Virus record (IMG/VR): IMGVR_UViG_3300036770_001455 | Location: 1 to 50,132 of that record | Strand: one strand, 5' to 3' | Source: a virus | Lineage: Duplodnaviria; Caudoviricetes | Length of the DNA stretch: 50,132 nt | Part shown: positions 25,631 through 35,145 of the stretch, one piece after another | Layout: the number at the start of each line of letters is the position of its first letter | Position numbering within the stretch: the stretch's first letter is position 1 | Notes under the pieces: model-generated | Seen by the model: the letters and a program-made list of their open reading frames with translations, nothing else | Told to the model about the DNA's origin: nothing | Databases searched by the model: none | Program-made: the position numbers and the translations under genes

Positions 25631-26697
25631 CCACGCAACGCATCATTGCGGGCGACTGCATCGAAGGGCTGCGGACGCTGCCCGACGCGAGCGTCCACTG
25701 CTGCGTGACATCGCCGCCGTACTGGGGGCTGCGTGACTACGGCCACGACGGGCAGATCGGCTTGGAAGCCACGCCGGAAGCCTACGTCGCCCGCATGGTG
25801 GAGGTGTTCCGCGAGGTGCGGCGGGTGTTGCGGGATGATGGGACGCTGTGGCTGAATCTTGGGGACTCCTATGCCGCCGCGCGGGGCGGCACGTCCATGC
25901 CAGCGGAAACGCTGGCGGGCGGTGTTTCAGGTCGTGGCGATACAGTCGCCAAACGTGGGCGTGAATCCGGGTATACGCCGCACCGTGACCCGGCTGCGCA
26001 CGGCCTGAAACACAAGGATTTGGTCGGAATCCCGTGGCGTGTCGCCTTCGCGTTGCAGGCTGACGGCTGGTGGCTGCGGCAGGACATCATCTGGCACAAG
26101 CCGAACCCGATGCCTGAGAGCGTGCGGGATCGCTGCACGAAGGCGCACGAGTACGTTTTCCTGCTCACCAAGAGCGAGCGGTATTTCTATGACGCGGAGG
26201 CGGTGAGCGAGCCAGTAGCGATGACTAGCGTGGCTCGCGTTTCTCAAGCAACGTGGGATCAACAGCCCGGCAGTGACCGCGTGCCCGGAAAAACAAACGG
26301 GCCAATGAAAGCAGTGCTCAAGCGAAGCGGCAACAAAGCACGCAAGCCTGCGACGGATAGGGATTGCCCGCGAGATGGCGTGTGCGGAAGTGTGCCGTGG
26401 GAAGGAACGACCCGCAACCGTCGCTCCGTCTGGACGATCACGACGAAGCCCTACAGCGGCGCTCACTTTGCGGTGATGCCGTCGGGACTGGTTGAGCCGT
26501 GCATCAAAGCGGGATGTCCGGAAGGCGGCACTGTTCTCGACCCGTTCGCAGGCAGCGGCACGACGCTGGCCGTGGCGGCAGAGTTGGGCCGCAACGCTAT
26601 CGGGTGCGAACTGAACCCGGAATACATCGCCCTTGCCGAGCGGCGTATCAAGGACGCACGGGCAAGCGTGGCACTGTTTGAAGGAGCAGTCGCATGA
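25627..26697 (+). CDS. DNA methyltransferase, beta class (likely N4-cytosine)
   Basis: TSPPY; IIWHKPNPMP; VLDPFAGSGTT. Confidence 0.93.
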   Translation: MTTQRIIAGDCIEGLRTLPDASVHCCVTSPPYWGLRDYGHDGQIGLEATPEAYVARMVEVFREVRRVLRDDGTLWLNLGDSYAAARGGTSMPAETLAGGVSGRGDTVAKRGRESGYTPHRDPAAHGLKHKDLVGIPWRVAFALQADGWWLRQDIIWHKPNPMPESVRDRCTKAHEYVFLLTKSERYFYDAEAVSEPVAMTSVARVSQATWDQQPGSDRVPGKTNGPMKAVLKRSGNKARKPATDRDCPRDGVCGSVPWEGTTRNRRSVWTITTKPYSGAHFAVMPSGLVEPCIKAGCPEGGTVLDPFAGSGTTLAVAAELGRNAIGCELNPEYIALAERRIKDARASVALFEGAVA

Positions 26698-26879
26698 CGA
26701 TCGAACAATTCACGCTTGTCAGCGTGGGAGTGTTGGTGAACGGACTTACTTTTGCCCTCGGCCTAGCCGTTGGCGCATCTCTACGAAAGGAATCGAAGAA
26801 TGGGAACGAAAACGAAGCGGGCCGCTGGCATCGCGTTGAACGCAGCGGATCTCAAGGCGGCACTGGCAACGGTGCGTGA
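26694..26879 (+). CDS. Small membrane protein
   Basis: One hydrophobic helix; ATGA overlap; 3' end overlaps clamp gene. Confidence 0.5.
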   Translation: MTIEQFTLVSVGVLVNGLTFALGLAVGASLRKESKNGNENEAGRWHRVERSGSQGGTGNGA

Positions 26880-27906
26880 CGCGGTTCAGGAGCGGTCTCC
26901 GAAGCCGATCCTGCGGAACGTGCTCATCAGCGGCGGGCAGATGACCGCGACCGACCTGGAGTTGCAGGTGACTACGGCGATTGACTTCGACGGCCCGGCG
27001 TTGCTCTTGCCTCACGGGCGGACGGCGTCGATCCTCCACGAGTGCCGTGATGACGAGGTGACGATTGCACCGGGCGATACGTCGTGCGTGATCTCGTGCG
27101 GGCGTGGCTCGTGGACGCTGCCCACCGAAGACGCCGCCGAGTTTCCGCAGATGAGTGCGGAGGGGGCGACGAATCGGATCAAGCTCCCGGCGGACCAGTT
27201 CGCACGGGCGATCCGCTCGGTGGTCTACGCCTGCGATCGCGAGAGCAGCCGCTACGCCCTCGGTGGCGTGATGATCGAGGTGAAGGGTGAGACCGTAAGT
27301 TTCGTTGCGACCGATGGGCGGCGGCTGACGCTGACTCGGATCGATCACGACCTGGCTGTCGACGATTCGGAAACGCTCGTGCCGCAGCGGGTGGCGAAGC
27401 TGCTGGCCCGGATCGCGGAGCAGGCGGGTGGCGAGGAACTCGTCGAGATCGACGCCAGTGGCAACACGGTCGTCTGCACGATCGGCACTACCATCGTGAC
27501 GGCTCGGCTCGTGGAAGGGCGTTTCCCGAAGTGGCGTGATGTGTTCCCGAAGCGTGACGTGAAGGCAACGGTGGTTGATCGTGAGTTACTAGCGGCTGCG
27601 ACTAGAGCAGCGGCGATTACTACCAGCGAGGCGAGCAAGGGCGTTGACTACTCGATCGTCGAGAACGGCATTCACCTGCACTCGCAGAGCAGCGAGGCGG
27701 GCGAGAGCAGCGTGACGTGCGAGATCGTCGAGCCGGGCGAGACAGTGACGGTGAAGCTTGACCCTCGGTTCGTCACGGATTTCCTTGCTGGACTGCCAGC
27801 GGATAGTGAGCCGAACGTCGAGATCGAGGCGGTAACGCCGGGCGACGCCGTGCAACTCCGCAACGGCGACGTATTCGGAATCATCATGCCGCTGGCGAAC
27901 GACTGA
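26800..27906 (+). CDS. dnaN: DNA polymerase III beta sliding clamp
   Basis: KPILRNV, ATDLE, SRYALGGV, VATDGRRL, EGRFPKWRDVFP, IIMP. Confidence 0.92.
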   Translation: MGTKTKRAAGIALNAADLKAALATVRDAVQERSPKPILRNVLISGGQMTATDLELQVTTAIDFDGPALLLPHGRTASILHECRDDEVTIAPGDTSCVISCGRGSWTLPTEDAAEFPQMSAEGATNRIKLPADQFARAIRSVVYACDRESSRYALGGVMIEVKGETVSFVATDGRRLTLTRIDHDLAVDDSETLVPQRVAKLLARIAEQAGGEELVEIDASGNTVVCTIGTTIVTARLVEGRFPKWRDVFPKRDVKATVVDRELLAAATRAAAITTSEASKGVDYSIVENGIHLHSQSSEAGESSVTCEIVEPGETVTVKLDPRFVTDFLAGLPADSEPNVEIEAVTPGDAVQLRNGDVFGIIMPLAND

Positions 27907-27976
27907 CAGTCGAGGCACGAGGGGGCTGGCGGCGATGGATGCCGCCGCCCCCGGCTGCCGCAACACGAGGAACACA

Positions 27977-28453
27977 ATGGATCTGGAGCGACTGAAAGCG
28001 ATGTGGGCGGAAGGGCTGCCGCCTGCCGTGATTGCCGATCAGCTTGGCGTGACGCCTGGTGGTTTGTGGAAGGCACGGAGGAAGCTCGGTCTGCCGCCAC
28101 GCCGGAGAGAGGCGTGGAACGCAGGGCAGGAATCTCCTGTCGATGTGCCGCTCCTGTTTCGCCTGTGGCACATGGGCACCCGGGAAATGCCGATTGGCGA
28201 GATTGCGAAGCGGCTGGGAGTCAGCGAGTCGACGGTCTACAAGCACGCAGAGCGTCACAAACTGCCACGCCGTGAGCGCGTCTACGATCAGAATGAGTAT
28301 GTGCCGACACTCGAAGAGATCGCGGAGAAGACTCGCGAGATTCGCGAGCGTCACCTCCGGGCGTTGCGTGAAGAGCCGGAAGACGTGACACGATCGCGAC
28401 TGTGCAAACAGGAGGAACGATGGCACCAAGCCTCATCGCAATCACAGGCGTGA
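27977..28453 (+). CDS. Tandem HTH protein (GcrA-N-like)
   Basis: LKAMWAEG...IADQLGVT and LFRLW...IAKRLGVSESTV; PTLEEIAE. Confidence 0.7.
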   Translation: MDLERLKAMWAEGLPPAVIADQLGVTPGGLWKARRKLGLPPRRREAWNAGQESPVDVPLLFRLWHMGTREMPIGEIAKRLGVSESTVYKHAERHKLPRRERVYDQNEYVPTLEEIAEKTREIRERHLRALREEPEDVTRSRLCKQEERWHQASSQSQA

Positions 28454-28563
28454 TCTACCTCTACGTCGCGTGCGACCTCGCGTATCACGGGAAGGCTGCA
28501 CTGGCGATCGCATACGCAGGGTATGCCTTTGCGAACATCGGCCTGTACTACGCTGCCCGCTGA
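28420..28563 (+). CDS. Small two-helix membrane protein (47 aa)
   Basis: AGGAGG RBS; MAPSLIAITGVIYLYVA...GYAFANIGLY. Confidence 0.65.
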   Translation: MAPSLIAITGVIYLYVACDLAYHGKAALAIAYAGYAFANIGLYYAAR

Positions 28564-28600
28564 CTGCAAGCACGCTTGATACGCCTGCCATGCTCAGGGC
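28564..28600 (+). promoter_or_regulatory. Promoter with both class A and class B motifs, leaderless
   Basis: CTGCAAG...GCTTGAT ACGCCTGC CATGCT CAGGGC ATG. Confidence 0.55.
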
Positions 28601-29356
28601 ATGAGGTGGGCCGCGTTACTCGCCGGGCTCAGTTGCGTTGCCGCTGTCGCTGGCACGATTGATGACGCCGTTCCCGATGCCCGGTATGTCGAGTATGGTC
28701 GGGCGTTCTCGAAATACACGGCGAAGTTTCGCGGCACTGCGGAAGACGGTCGGACGCATGTAGCGAGCGCCGTGCTCGTGGCTCCACGGTGGGCGATTAC
28801 GGCGGCGCATGTCGCCGCCGGCTGCACGGGCGTGACGCTGACTTACAGCGGCGACCGCGTCGGCGAGATCGAGCGGGTGATCGTCCATCCCGAGTGGGCC
28901 GATGAAGGGCTCGGACGGCACGACATCGCACTTCTGGAGGCGGCTGCCGACTTCGGGCTGGAGTTCTACCCGCCTCTTTCCGAGGGCGGCGAGGTTGGCA
29001 AAGTCGCCAGCGTGGTCGGCTACGGGGCGACCGGCCCCATGAGCTACGGGCACACCAAGGTCGACGGCATGCTCAGGGCTGGAACGCAGCGAGTCGACAG
29101 GATTGAGAGAAACTGCCTCGTGTGTAACCTCACGCTTCGCGGTTCGTCGATGGAAATCGGCATCGCCCCCGGCGACTCCGGTGGCCCGCTGTTCGTTGAT
29201 GGCAAGCTGGCGGGCATCAACAGCTACACGGCATCGCCACGCTCCTACACGCGAAGCCAGTACGGCGAGGAGAGCGGGCATACGCGGGTGGCGGTGTACC
29301 GCGAGTGGATCGCGAGAGTCGCCGGCTTGACACCGCCGCCATCCTCGCCGGAATGA
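28601..29356 (+). CDS. Trypsin-like (S1) serine protease with signal peptide
   Basis: TAAH, HDIAL, GDSGGP triad; hydrophobic N-terminus ending AVA. Confidence 0.92.
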   Translation: MRWAALLAGLSCVAAVAGTIDDAVPDARYVEYGRAFSKYTAKFRGTAEDGRTHVASAVLVAPRWAITAAHVAAGCTGVTLTYSGDRVGEIERVIVHPEWADEGLGRHDIALLEAAADFGLEFYPPLSEGGEVGKVASVVGYGATGPMSYGHTKVDGMLRAGTQRVDRIERNCLVCNLTLRGSSMEIGIAPGDSGGPLFVDGKLAGINSYTASPRSYTRSQYGEESGHTRVAVYREWIARVAGLTPPPSSPE

Positions 29357-29760
29357 AATCGATCACGTTCTCAGTGCCGGGCGATCCCGTGCCGCAGCCA
29401 CGGGCACGCATCACCGTTCGTGGCAAGCACGGGCACGCCTACACGCCAAGCACTCACGCTATCCACGGCTACCGTGCCAGCATCGCAGCGGCAGCGAAAG
29501 CCGCAGGAGCCGAGCCGACAGACGCCGCTCCAATCACTCTGATCGTCGATCTTGTTTTCGCCCGCCCGAAGAGCCACTACCGCAAGAGCGGCCTGAAGGA
29601 AGACGCCCCGAAGCTGCCGAGACCCGACTGCTCGAACTGCCTCAAGGGGATCGAGGACGCACTGAACGGCATCGCATGGGCTGACGATTCGCAGGTCGGT
29701 CGAGTGGTAGTCGAGAAGTCCTACGGCACGGAACCACGCACCACAGTGAGGATCACATGA
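29353..29760 (+). CDS. rusA: RusA-like Holliday junction resolvase
   Basis: PGDPVPQPRAR...RPD.SN.LK.IEDALNG..W.DDSQV. Confidence 0.9.
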   Translation: MKSITFSVPGDPVPQPRARITVRGKHGHAYTPSTHAIHGYRASIAAAAKAAGAEPTDAAPITLIVDLVFARPKSHYRKSGLKEDAPKLPRPDCSNCLKGIEDALNGIAWADDSQVGRVVVEKSYGTEPRTTVRIT

Positions 29761-30281
29761 CATGGGTTGAGTACCTCGCAAGCATCGACGCATCGCATCC
29801 TATGACCACGGCACCCAAACACATCGCCGAACTTTGCGAGATCGTCGCGGGCAAGGATTGGCGGATCTTGGAACTCGGCACTCACGCCGGGCTTTCGACT
29901 GCCGCCCTGGCGATAGCGTCCCCGGAGTCGACGATCGTGAGCGTCGATCTGTGCGACACGATCCCGCAGGAAACCCGCGAGGAATACTGGCGGCTCCTCG
30001 GCATCGAGAACATCCAGCCCGTGCAGGATGACGCCGCGCGGTTCTTGTGGGAGTCGAGCCAGCACCTAGAGGCGTGGGATCTCATCTTTCACGACGCCGT
30101 GCATGGCGAGCCGGCGTTGAATGAGTACCTCACTGCGGCGGGCATGTGCGACATCCTCGCCATTCACGACTTTGAGCAGCTAGGTAGCACATCGCGCCGG
30201 GAGGTGCGGTCGCGGTTTTACTTCTACAGCGAGTCAGCAGACGACCGGGGGCGAACGTTGTTCGTCGGCTACCATGGCTGA
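29757..30281 (+). CDS. Class I SAM-dependent methyltransferase (Methyltransf_24-like)
   Basis: ILELGTHAGLS, VSVD, DLIFHDAVH, IHD. Confidence 0.85.
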   Translation: MTWVEYLASIDASHPMTTAPKHIAELCEIVAGKDWRILELGTHAGLSTAALAIASPESTIVSVDLCDTIPQETREEYWRLLGIENIQPVQDDAARFLWESSQHLEAWDLIFHDAVHGEPALNEYLTAAGMCDILAIHDFEQLGSTSRREVRSRFYFYSESADDRGRTLFVGYHG

Positions 30282-30903
30282 CCTCATCCTGACCGGCTGG
30301 AGCGGGCGAGACTTCGCCCGGATCGCAGGCTACACGGTGCCGCTCGTCACGCAGTATGCGGAGCGACATAGTCGCGAGTGGCGTGTGTGCGATCTGCGAG
30401 GAAGCCGCCCGCCATCGTGGATGAAGCTGCGGCACATCGTCGCCGCTCTGGCAGCCTATGAGCGGGTGTGTTGGATCGACGCCGACGTGGTGATCCGCGA
30501 GCACGACGCGAATATCTTTGACGAGATGCCCGAATACGCATGGCAGGGGCTCGTGGAGCATGAGACCGAGAGCGGCACGGTGCCGAACTGCGGCGTGTGG
30601 ATCGTGACCAGAGCGATGGAGACGATTCTGGAGCAGGCGTGGAGGATAGAGCGTTTCGTCAATCATCCGTGGTGGGAGCAGGCGGCGATTCTCACGCAGA
30701 TGGGCTACGCGGTGACGGACGCTCCTCACGCCGAACTTGACACGCCGACCAGATTGCACGCTCACACGGCGTTCTTACACCCAGCGTGGAATCATCACCC
30801 GCACGATGCCCGGCGAGTTGACGCGCCAAGGTTTGTGCATGTGACGCAATACCATGACCGACTCTCCGCAGTCCGCGCGTACGCGAACCAAGTCCGTACC
30901 TAG
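30274..30903 (+). CDS. Glycosyltransferase, GT34 (GMA12/MNN10)-like
   Basis: PSWMKL, WIDADVVI, NCGVWIV, WEQAA. Confidence 0.8.
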   Translation: MADLILTGWSGRDFARIAGYTVPLVTQYAERHSREWRVCDLRGSRPPSWMKLRHIVAALAAYERVCWIDADVVIREHDANIFDEMPEYAWQGLVEHETESGTVPNCGVWIVTRAMETILEQAWRIERFVNHPWWEQAAILTQMGYAVTDAPHAELDTPTRLHAHTAFLHPAWNHHPHDARRVDAPRFVHVTQYHDRLSAVRAYANQVRT

Positions 30904-31777
30904 CCACCTGCTCATGCCGCTGGAACCGTTCGCCGACTCCTGGCGGACGAAGGCGTTAGAGGGGCAGGCCCGGATGGCGTTTGCGAACGTCGCCATCGTC
31001 GGGCTCGCCCGCAACTGTGCTGGGCCGCTACGGCAGAACCTCCAGCGGGCTCATGCAATCGGCACAGGCTGCCGATCTTGGCGGTTGCACATCGAGACAA
31101 ACGACAACACGGATGACACCGTGGCGGTGCTTGAGGACTTTTGCTCGCGGCATCCGCAAGCGAGCTACCGCGACCAGACGCTGAACCGGCAGCAGTTCTC
31201 CGCAGAGTTCGCGGGGCCGCGAACGATTGCCCTGGCGGAGTACCGAACGGCGTGCCAGCAGTGGGTGCGAGATCACGCTGCCGATGCCGACTACGTGATC
31301 GTGATCGACTTCGACGCATGGGGTGGCTGGTCGCTTGACGGCGTGCGAAACGGATTTGGCTGGCTCGTGGAGTTGCCCGGTGCCTACGGCATGGCGAGCG
31401 TGAGTCTGATGGAGCATCCGGCGGCAGTGACCGATGAATCGGGCGTTACAAGGGTTATGCCCTCATGGATGCACTATGATTCCTGGGCGATGAGGGGCGT
31501 CGGGCAGGCCCGCAACTACTGGGATGACTACACGGCTGGCTTCGGCGGGTGGAAGTTTCAGTGGTTGCCGCCGGTCGGCTCGCCACCTGTTCTCGTGTCG
31601 AGTGCCTTCGGTGGCATGGCGATCTATCGCACCGAAGCGTACCTCGCTGGGACTTATGACGGTGCCACGGATTGCGAACACGCGCCTTACCACGAGTCGA
31701 TCGCTTACGCGACCGGCCAGCATCTCTACCTGAACCCGTCGATGCGGACGGTCATGAGGTGGTGCGATGGCGGGTAA
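30854..31777 (+). CDS. GT-A glycosyltransferase (CAP59-like); start may be 30914
   Basis: GLARNC, LAEYR, VIVIDFD, VSSAFGGMAIY, DCEH. Confidence 0.75.
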   Translation: MTDSPQSARTRTKSVPSHLLMPLEPFADSWRTKALEGQARMAFANVAIVGLARNCAGPLRQNLQRAHAIGTGCRSWRLHIETNDNTDDTVAVLEDFCSRHPQASYRDQTLNRQQFSAEFAGPRTIALAEYRTACQQWVRDHAADADYVIVIDFDAWGGWSLDGVRNGFGWLVELPGAYGMASVSLMEHPAAVTDESGVTRVMPSWMHYDSWAMRGVGQARNYWDDYTAGFGGWKFQWLPPVGSPPVLVSSAFGGMAIYRTEAYLAGTYDGATDCEHAPYHESIAYATGQHLYLNPSMRTVMRWCDGG

Positions 31778-32156
31778 CACGGCACGCATTGACATCGTGC
31801 AGTTCCGCAAGGATTGGGGATCTCACATTCCGATCTCCGCTCTCTGTGTTCGATACACGGTCACGAAGGATCAAGTCGTTCGTCTGCGTAACGTCTGGCA
31901 TCTGCCACTGCGGCTCGATCGCAGCCTGCGATTCAAGCCACCACGCCCGAAGCCGCCGACGCCAGACGAGATCGCGGCATCGGAATCGAGCCTGAACTTC
32001 GCCCCCGCGATAGCCGCCGCTGTCACCTGCGTGCAAGTGACGTGGGATGCCCGCACCCGCGAAGAGCGGCAGGTCACTAAGCCGACCGCGTTCAGCCTCC
32101 GGCGGATCGAGTTGAGCGAAGAACTGCGTGACGAGATCGACGACGAGGCGTGGTGA
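31767..32156 (+). CDS. HTH-like protein related to 27977
   Basis: F..DW...I..LC.RY.VT...LP.R...PTPDEIA. Confidence 0.6.
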   Translation: MAGNTARIDIVQFRKDWGSHIPISALCVRYTVTKDQVVRLRNVWHLPLRLDRSLRFKPPRPKPPTPDEIAASESSLNFAPAIAAAVTCVQVTWDARTREERQVTKPTAFSLRRIELSEELRDEIDDEAW

Positions 32157-32407
32157 TGGTCGACCAAGTGCATCGCCGTATCGTTGTCGAGTACGGCTTG
32201 GAATACGTCTACCTTCGACACGAATACGCAGACGGGAAGATCGTTTCTGGCACTGAGGAAGTCTGGCGTCAGCCGTACCGTCTAGAGCGTGCCGAGGCCG
32301 CCGAAGAAGCGACGGAGTGTTACCAGTTCCTGTTCCAGTGGATGCAGGACACCGTGCTAAACGTGGGCGGGAAACTGCAAGGTGATGAGGACGACGGGGC
32401 AGACTGA
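32150..32407 (+). CDS. Hypothetical protein
   Basis: Overlaps upstream stop; acidic, about 85 aa. Confidence 0.6.
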   Translation: MVMVDQVHRRIVVEYGLEYVYLRHEYADGKIVSGTEEVWRQPYRLERAEAAEEATECYQFLFQWMQDTVLNVGGKLQGDEDDGAD

Positions 32408-32411
32408 GGGC
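32375..32411 (+). promoter_or_regulatory. Putative late promoter (class A)
   Basis: CTGCAAG starts 25 nt before CAGACT GAGGG. Confidence 0.5.
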
Positions 32412-32425
32412 AGGAGGACACGCCC

Positions 32426-32725
32426 ATGTCGTTTGAGATGACGCCCGCCGAAGCCCAGCAATACGGCGATTCGCTGACTTGGTTTCAGAAGCTCGCCCTG
32501 ATCCAAGCTTACGCCCCGCTGATCGGCTACCTGCAAAAGTTCGCAACCGAGGGCGACCCGTTCAAGCGTGGCCTCGTGATCGCGGACGCCTGCGAATGGC
32601 TCGCGAGCAAGACGAACAACCGGGTCGATGACGAAGCCGTTCGGCACATCGCGGCGGTCTTGAAGACCTCTGAGGGCGAGCAGCTGGTTCGCTGGGTCCT
32701 GATGCAGATCGAGGCTGCCCGATGA
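32426..32725 (+). CDS. Hypothetical protein, first gene of lysis-position cassette
   Basis: AGGAGG RBS; SKTNNRVDD motif. Confidence 0.7.
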   Translation: MSFEMTPAEAQQYGDSLTWFQKLALIQAYAPLIGYLQKFATEGDPFKRGLVIADACEWLASKTNNRVDDEAVRHIAAVLKTSEGEQLVRWVLMQIEAAR

Positions 32726-33009
32726 CCAATGACGACATCATTCGCTCCGTTGCCGCATTGGCGGCAGTGGCTCTCATCGCTGCTCCCGCGTCGGCCAGCA
32801 TGGTGGCAACCATTCGCGGATGGCTCACGGCACGACCGCGACCGGCAGCCCCCGTCGCAGCCGACGAAACCGAAGCCCGCCGTCTAGCCGACATGCGGCT
32901 CGTGCTCGATCTCGCGGCAAGGCTCAAGTCGGACGGCGTGCCAGAAGGCGTAGCCCTCTGCCAGCAGTTGCTCGACGTGATGCTCTCCGGTTCCAAGGCG
33001 AAGAAATGA
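32722..33009 (+). CDS. Membrane protein
   Basis: N-terminal hydrophobic helix; ATGA overlaps. Confidence 0.7.
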   Translation: MTNDDIIRSVAALAAVALIAAPASASMVATIRGWLTARPRPAAPVAADETEARRLADMRLVLDLAARLKSDGVPEGVALCQQLLDVMLSGSKAKK

Positions 33010-33491
33010 ACACGCAACTGCGGATCATCGTGGCGATCGTCTGCGGCTACATCGCCGTGTTTGGCGTGCCGTCGATTCCGAGCGTTCCGCCTGCCCCTGT
33101 TCCCGTTGCCGTCGAGCCCCCTGCCCCGCACATGCAAGCCAGAGTCAAAGACGTTGCCGATGCCCTGGCGAACGCAAACATCGTCGACCGCATGGTATGG
33201 GCCGACACGTGGACGAAGGCGGCTCTGGTTGTGCAGGGCGATGCCACGGTGAACCCGCCATCGTTCACCGACACTAAGTCGCTGCGGGAGTTCAACAAGC
33301 TGGCCCTCGGCATCGCATGGCGTCGAATCGCGGGCAACCCGCCCGGCAAGTACGAAGGGCTCGCCGAAGCGACTGAGGCGGCTTTCAGGGCAACGCTCGG
33401 CATGGAGGTGCGACCTGTCACGCCGGATATGCGGCGAGACTACGCCGAACTCTGTAAGGCTCTCGCGTGGGCCGGGCTGAACCGGGAGTGA
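33006..33491 (+). CDS. N-terminally anchored membrane protein with Pro-rich linker
   Basis: IIVAIVCGYIAVFGV then PSIPSVPPAPVP, then a helical domain. Confidence 0.72.
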   Translation: MNTQLRIIVAIVCGYIAVFGVPSIPSVPPAPVPVAVEPPAPHMQARVKDVADALANANIVDRMVWADTWTKAALVVQGDATVNPPSFTDTKSLREFNKLALGIAWRRIAGNPPGKYEGLAEATEAAFRATLGMEVRPVTPDMRRDYAELCKALAWAGLNRE

Positions 33492-33495
33492 CGCG

Positions 33496-34491
33496 ATGCC
33501 GTGGGAACCGCAGAGCGAGTACCTCCGTGGGCTGGTCGGCGTCTACGCCGATCCCGAGGCGACTGATCGGCTCAATGCCCTGCTGACCGCTCAAGGGCAG
33601 TCGCCAGACGGCAGCGAGATTTGCCAGCGGTACGGGCTCTTCGGCTCCGGGGCTGGCAAGCTCTCAGCACCGTTCGCGGTGATCGAGCAAGTGTTTCCGG
33701 GTTCGCTCCCAGCATCGGCTCAGACTCGTGGGGATTGCGTGGCCCATTCGACACGCAATGCAGCTTTGGGCACCCTCGCCTGCGAGATTGCAGCCGGTCA
33801 GCCTGATGAGGTCACGAGCGAGATAGAAGGCGTGCCCGACGTGAGCGAGGCGGGACGCAAAGACGGCGTGCTGGCAACCGAGCCGATCTACTGGTGGCGT
33901 CGACACGGTGGCGATGGCTGGTCGTGCGATGCAGCCGCCGAAGTCGTGCTCAAGGAATCCGGCTTGTGGCTGCGGAAAGCCTACGGCGACATTGGCGACT
34001 TGACGCGATACAGCGGCTCGCTCGCGGGCAAGTGGGGACGAACGCCGCCGCCCGACAGCGTGAAGCAGATCGGGCAGGAGCACCTGATCCGCACGGCAAC
34101 CCACGCTCGCACGTTCGAGGAAGTCCGCGACCTTATCCACAACGGGTACTGCATTTCGTCGTGTGGCATGGAGGGTTTTTCCAATAAGCGCGATGACAAC
34201 GGTGTGAGCCAACGTCAAGGCAGCTGGGCTCACGCGATGGCGTACCTGGGCGTCGATGACCGCGATACCACGAAGGCACGCTACGGCGAGCCGTTGGTGA
34301 TGGTCCAAAACTCATGGAATAGGTGGAACACAGGCGGACGCAAGGTGTTGAACTCCGTGCTGGAAATCCCCGAGGGTGGATTTTGGTCACGGTGGAGCGA
34401 CCTGCAACGCCGCTACTGCGTGGCGTTCTCTGGCGTCATGGGCTGGCCCGCACAAACACTTCCCGATTGGGGGCTGGGCGATGTGCTCTAG
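33496..34491 (+). CDS. Papain-like (C1) cysteine peptidase
   Basis: Q-TRGD-C, WAHAM, QNSW motifs. Confidence 0.85.
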   Translation: MPWEPQSEYLRGLVGVYADPEATDRLNALLTAQGQSPDGSEICQRYGLFGSGAGKLSAPFAVIEQVFPGSLPASAQTRGDCVAHSTRNAALGTLACEIAAGQPDEVTSEIEGVPDVSEAGRKDGVLATEPIYWWRRHGGDGWSCDAAAEVVLKESGLWLRKAYGDIGDLTRYSGSLAGKWGRTPPPDSVKQIGQEHLIRTATHARTFEEVRDLIHNGYCISSCGMEGFSNKRDDNGVSQRQGSWAHAMAYLGVDDRDTTKARYGEPLVMVQNSWNRWNTGGRKVLNSVLEIPEGGFWSRWSDLQRRYCVAFSGVMGWPAQTLPDWGLGDVL

Positions 34492-34789
34492 GTTTTTGGT
34501 GATAGCGTGCGCGCTCGCCACCGGCTGCGCCCAGCCCCCTCTTCACACGGGCGATGCCGCCATCACTGCTGACCTCGCCTGCGAGACGGCACACATGCTG
34601 ATCGGGCTGCGGAACGCAACGCCCCCGGCACCGGCTCCCGTCAGCGAGGTTTGTGAAAATTGCAACGGCACCGGCAAGGTCGGCGACGGTCGCGTATCTG
34701 TCACCTGCCCTGTTTGCAAGGGCAGCGGAAAGCCGATCAAGAGCGTGTTGGTGCCGAAGGACTGCCCCGATGGGAAGTGCCGCCCGTGA
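34481..34789 (+). CDS. Putative lipoprotein with CxxCxGxG zinc finger
   Basis: Signal peptide ending LATG-C; CENCNGTG, CPVCKGSG, CPDGKC. Confidence 0.72.
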   Translation: MCSRFLVIACALATGCAQPPLHTGDAAITADLACETAHMLIGLRNATPPAPAPVSEVCENCNGTGKVGDGRVSVTCPVCKGSGKPIKSVLVPKDCPDGKCRP

Positions 34790-35145
34790 AGATGGACGAA
34801 CTGCAAACGTGGGTCTGGCGAGAACTGCCGCTGCGGAAACGCATTGTCGGGCGGAAGGTCGTCGATGACCTCGTACAACTCACTATCGAGACGTGGCCCG
34901 CCGACCTGATGAACCACGCCGCAGACGGCGAGCAACGCGAGATCGTGGCGATGGAAGTTGAGCGGAGCGTGAGGCGTCTACATCAGGCGTGTACCACAAT
35001 TGATACAGCGACCTACGGCGTGCTCTGGACGTTCGTCCTACAAGCCCTTGTATCACTGGTGGTACGTTTGATCCTCGAATGGTGGCTGGAGCGGCGCTCT
35101 AACCGGGCGCTGATGATCGTATGGAAATCGGAGCTAACGCGATGA
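34786..35145 (+). CDS. Membrane protein
   Basis: C-terminal hydrophobic helix; GTGA/ATGA overlaps. Confidence 0.65.
   Translation: MKMDELQTWVWRELPLRKRIVGRKVVDDLVQLTIETWPADLMNHAADGEQREIVAMEVERSVRRLHQACTTIDTATYGVLWTFVLQALVSLVVRLILEWWLERRSNRALMIVWKSELTR

Noticed and set aside
25627-26697. Restriction-modification system
   Set aside because: No adjacent cognate endonuclease; orphan methylases are common anti-restriction genes in phages
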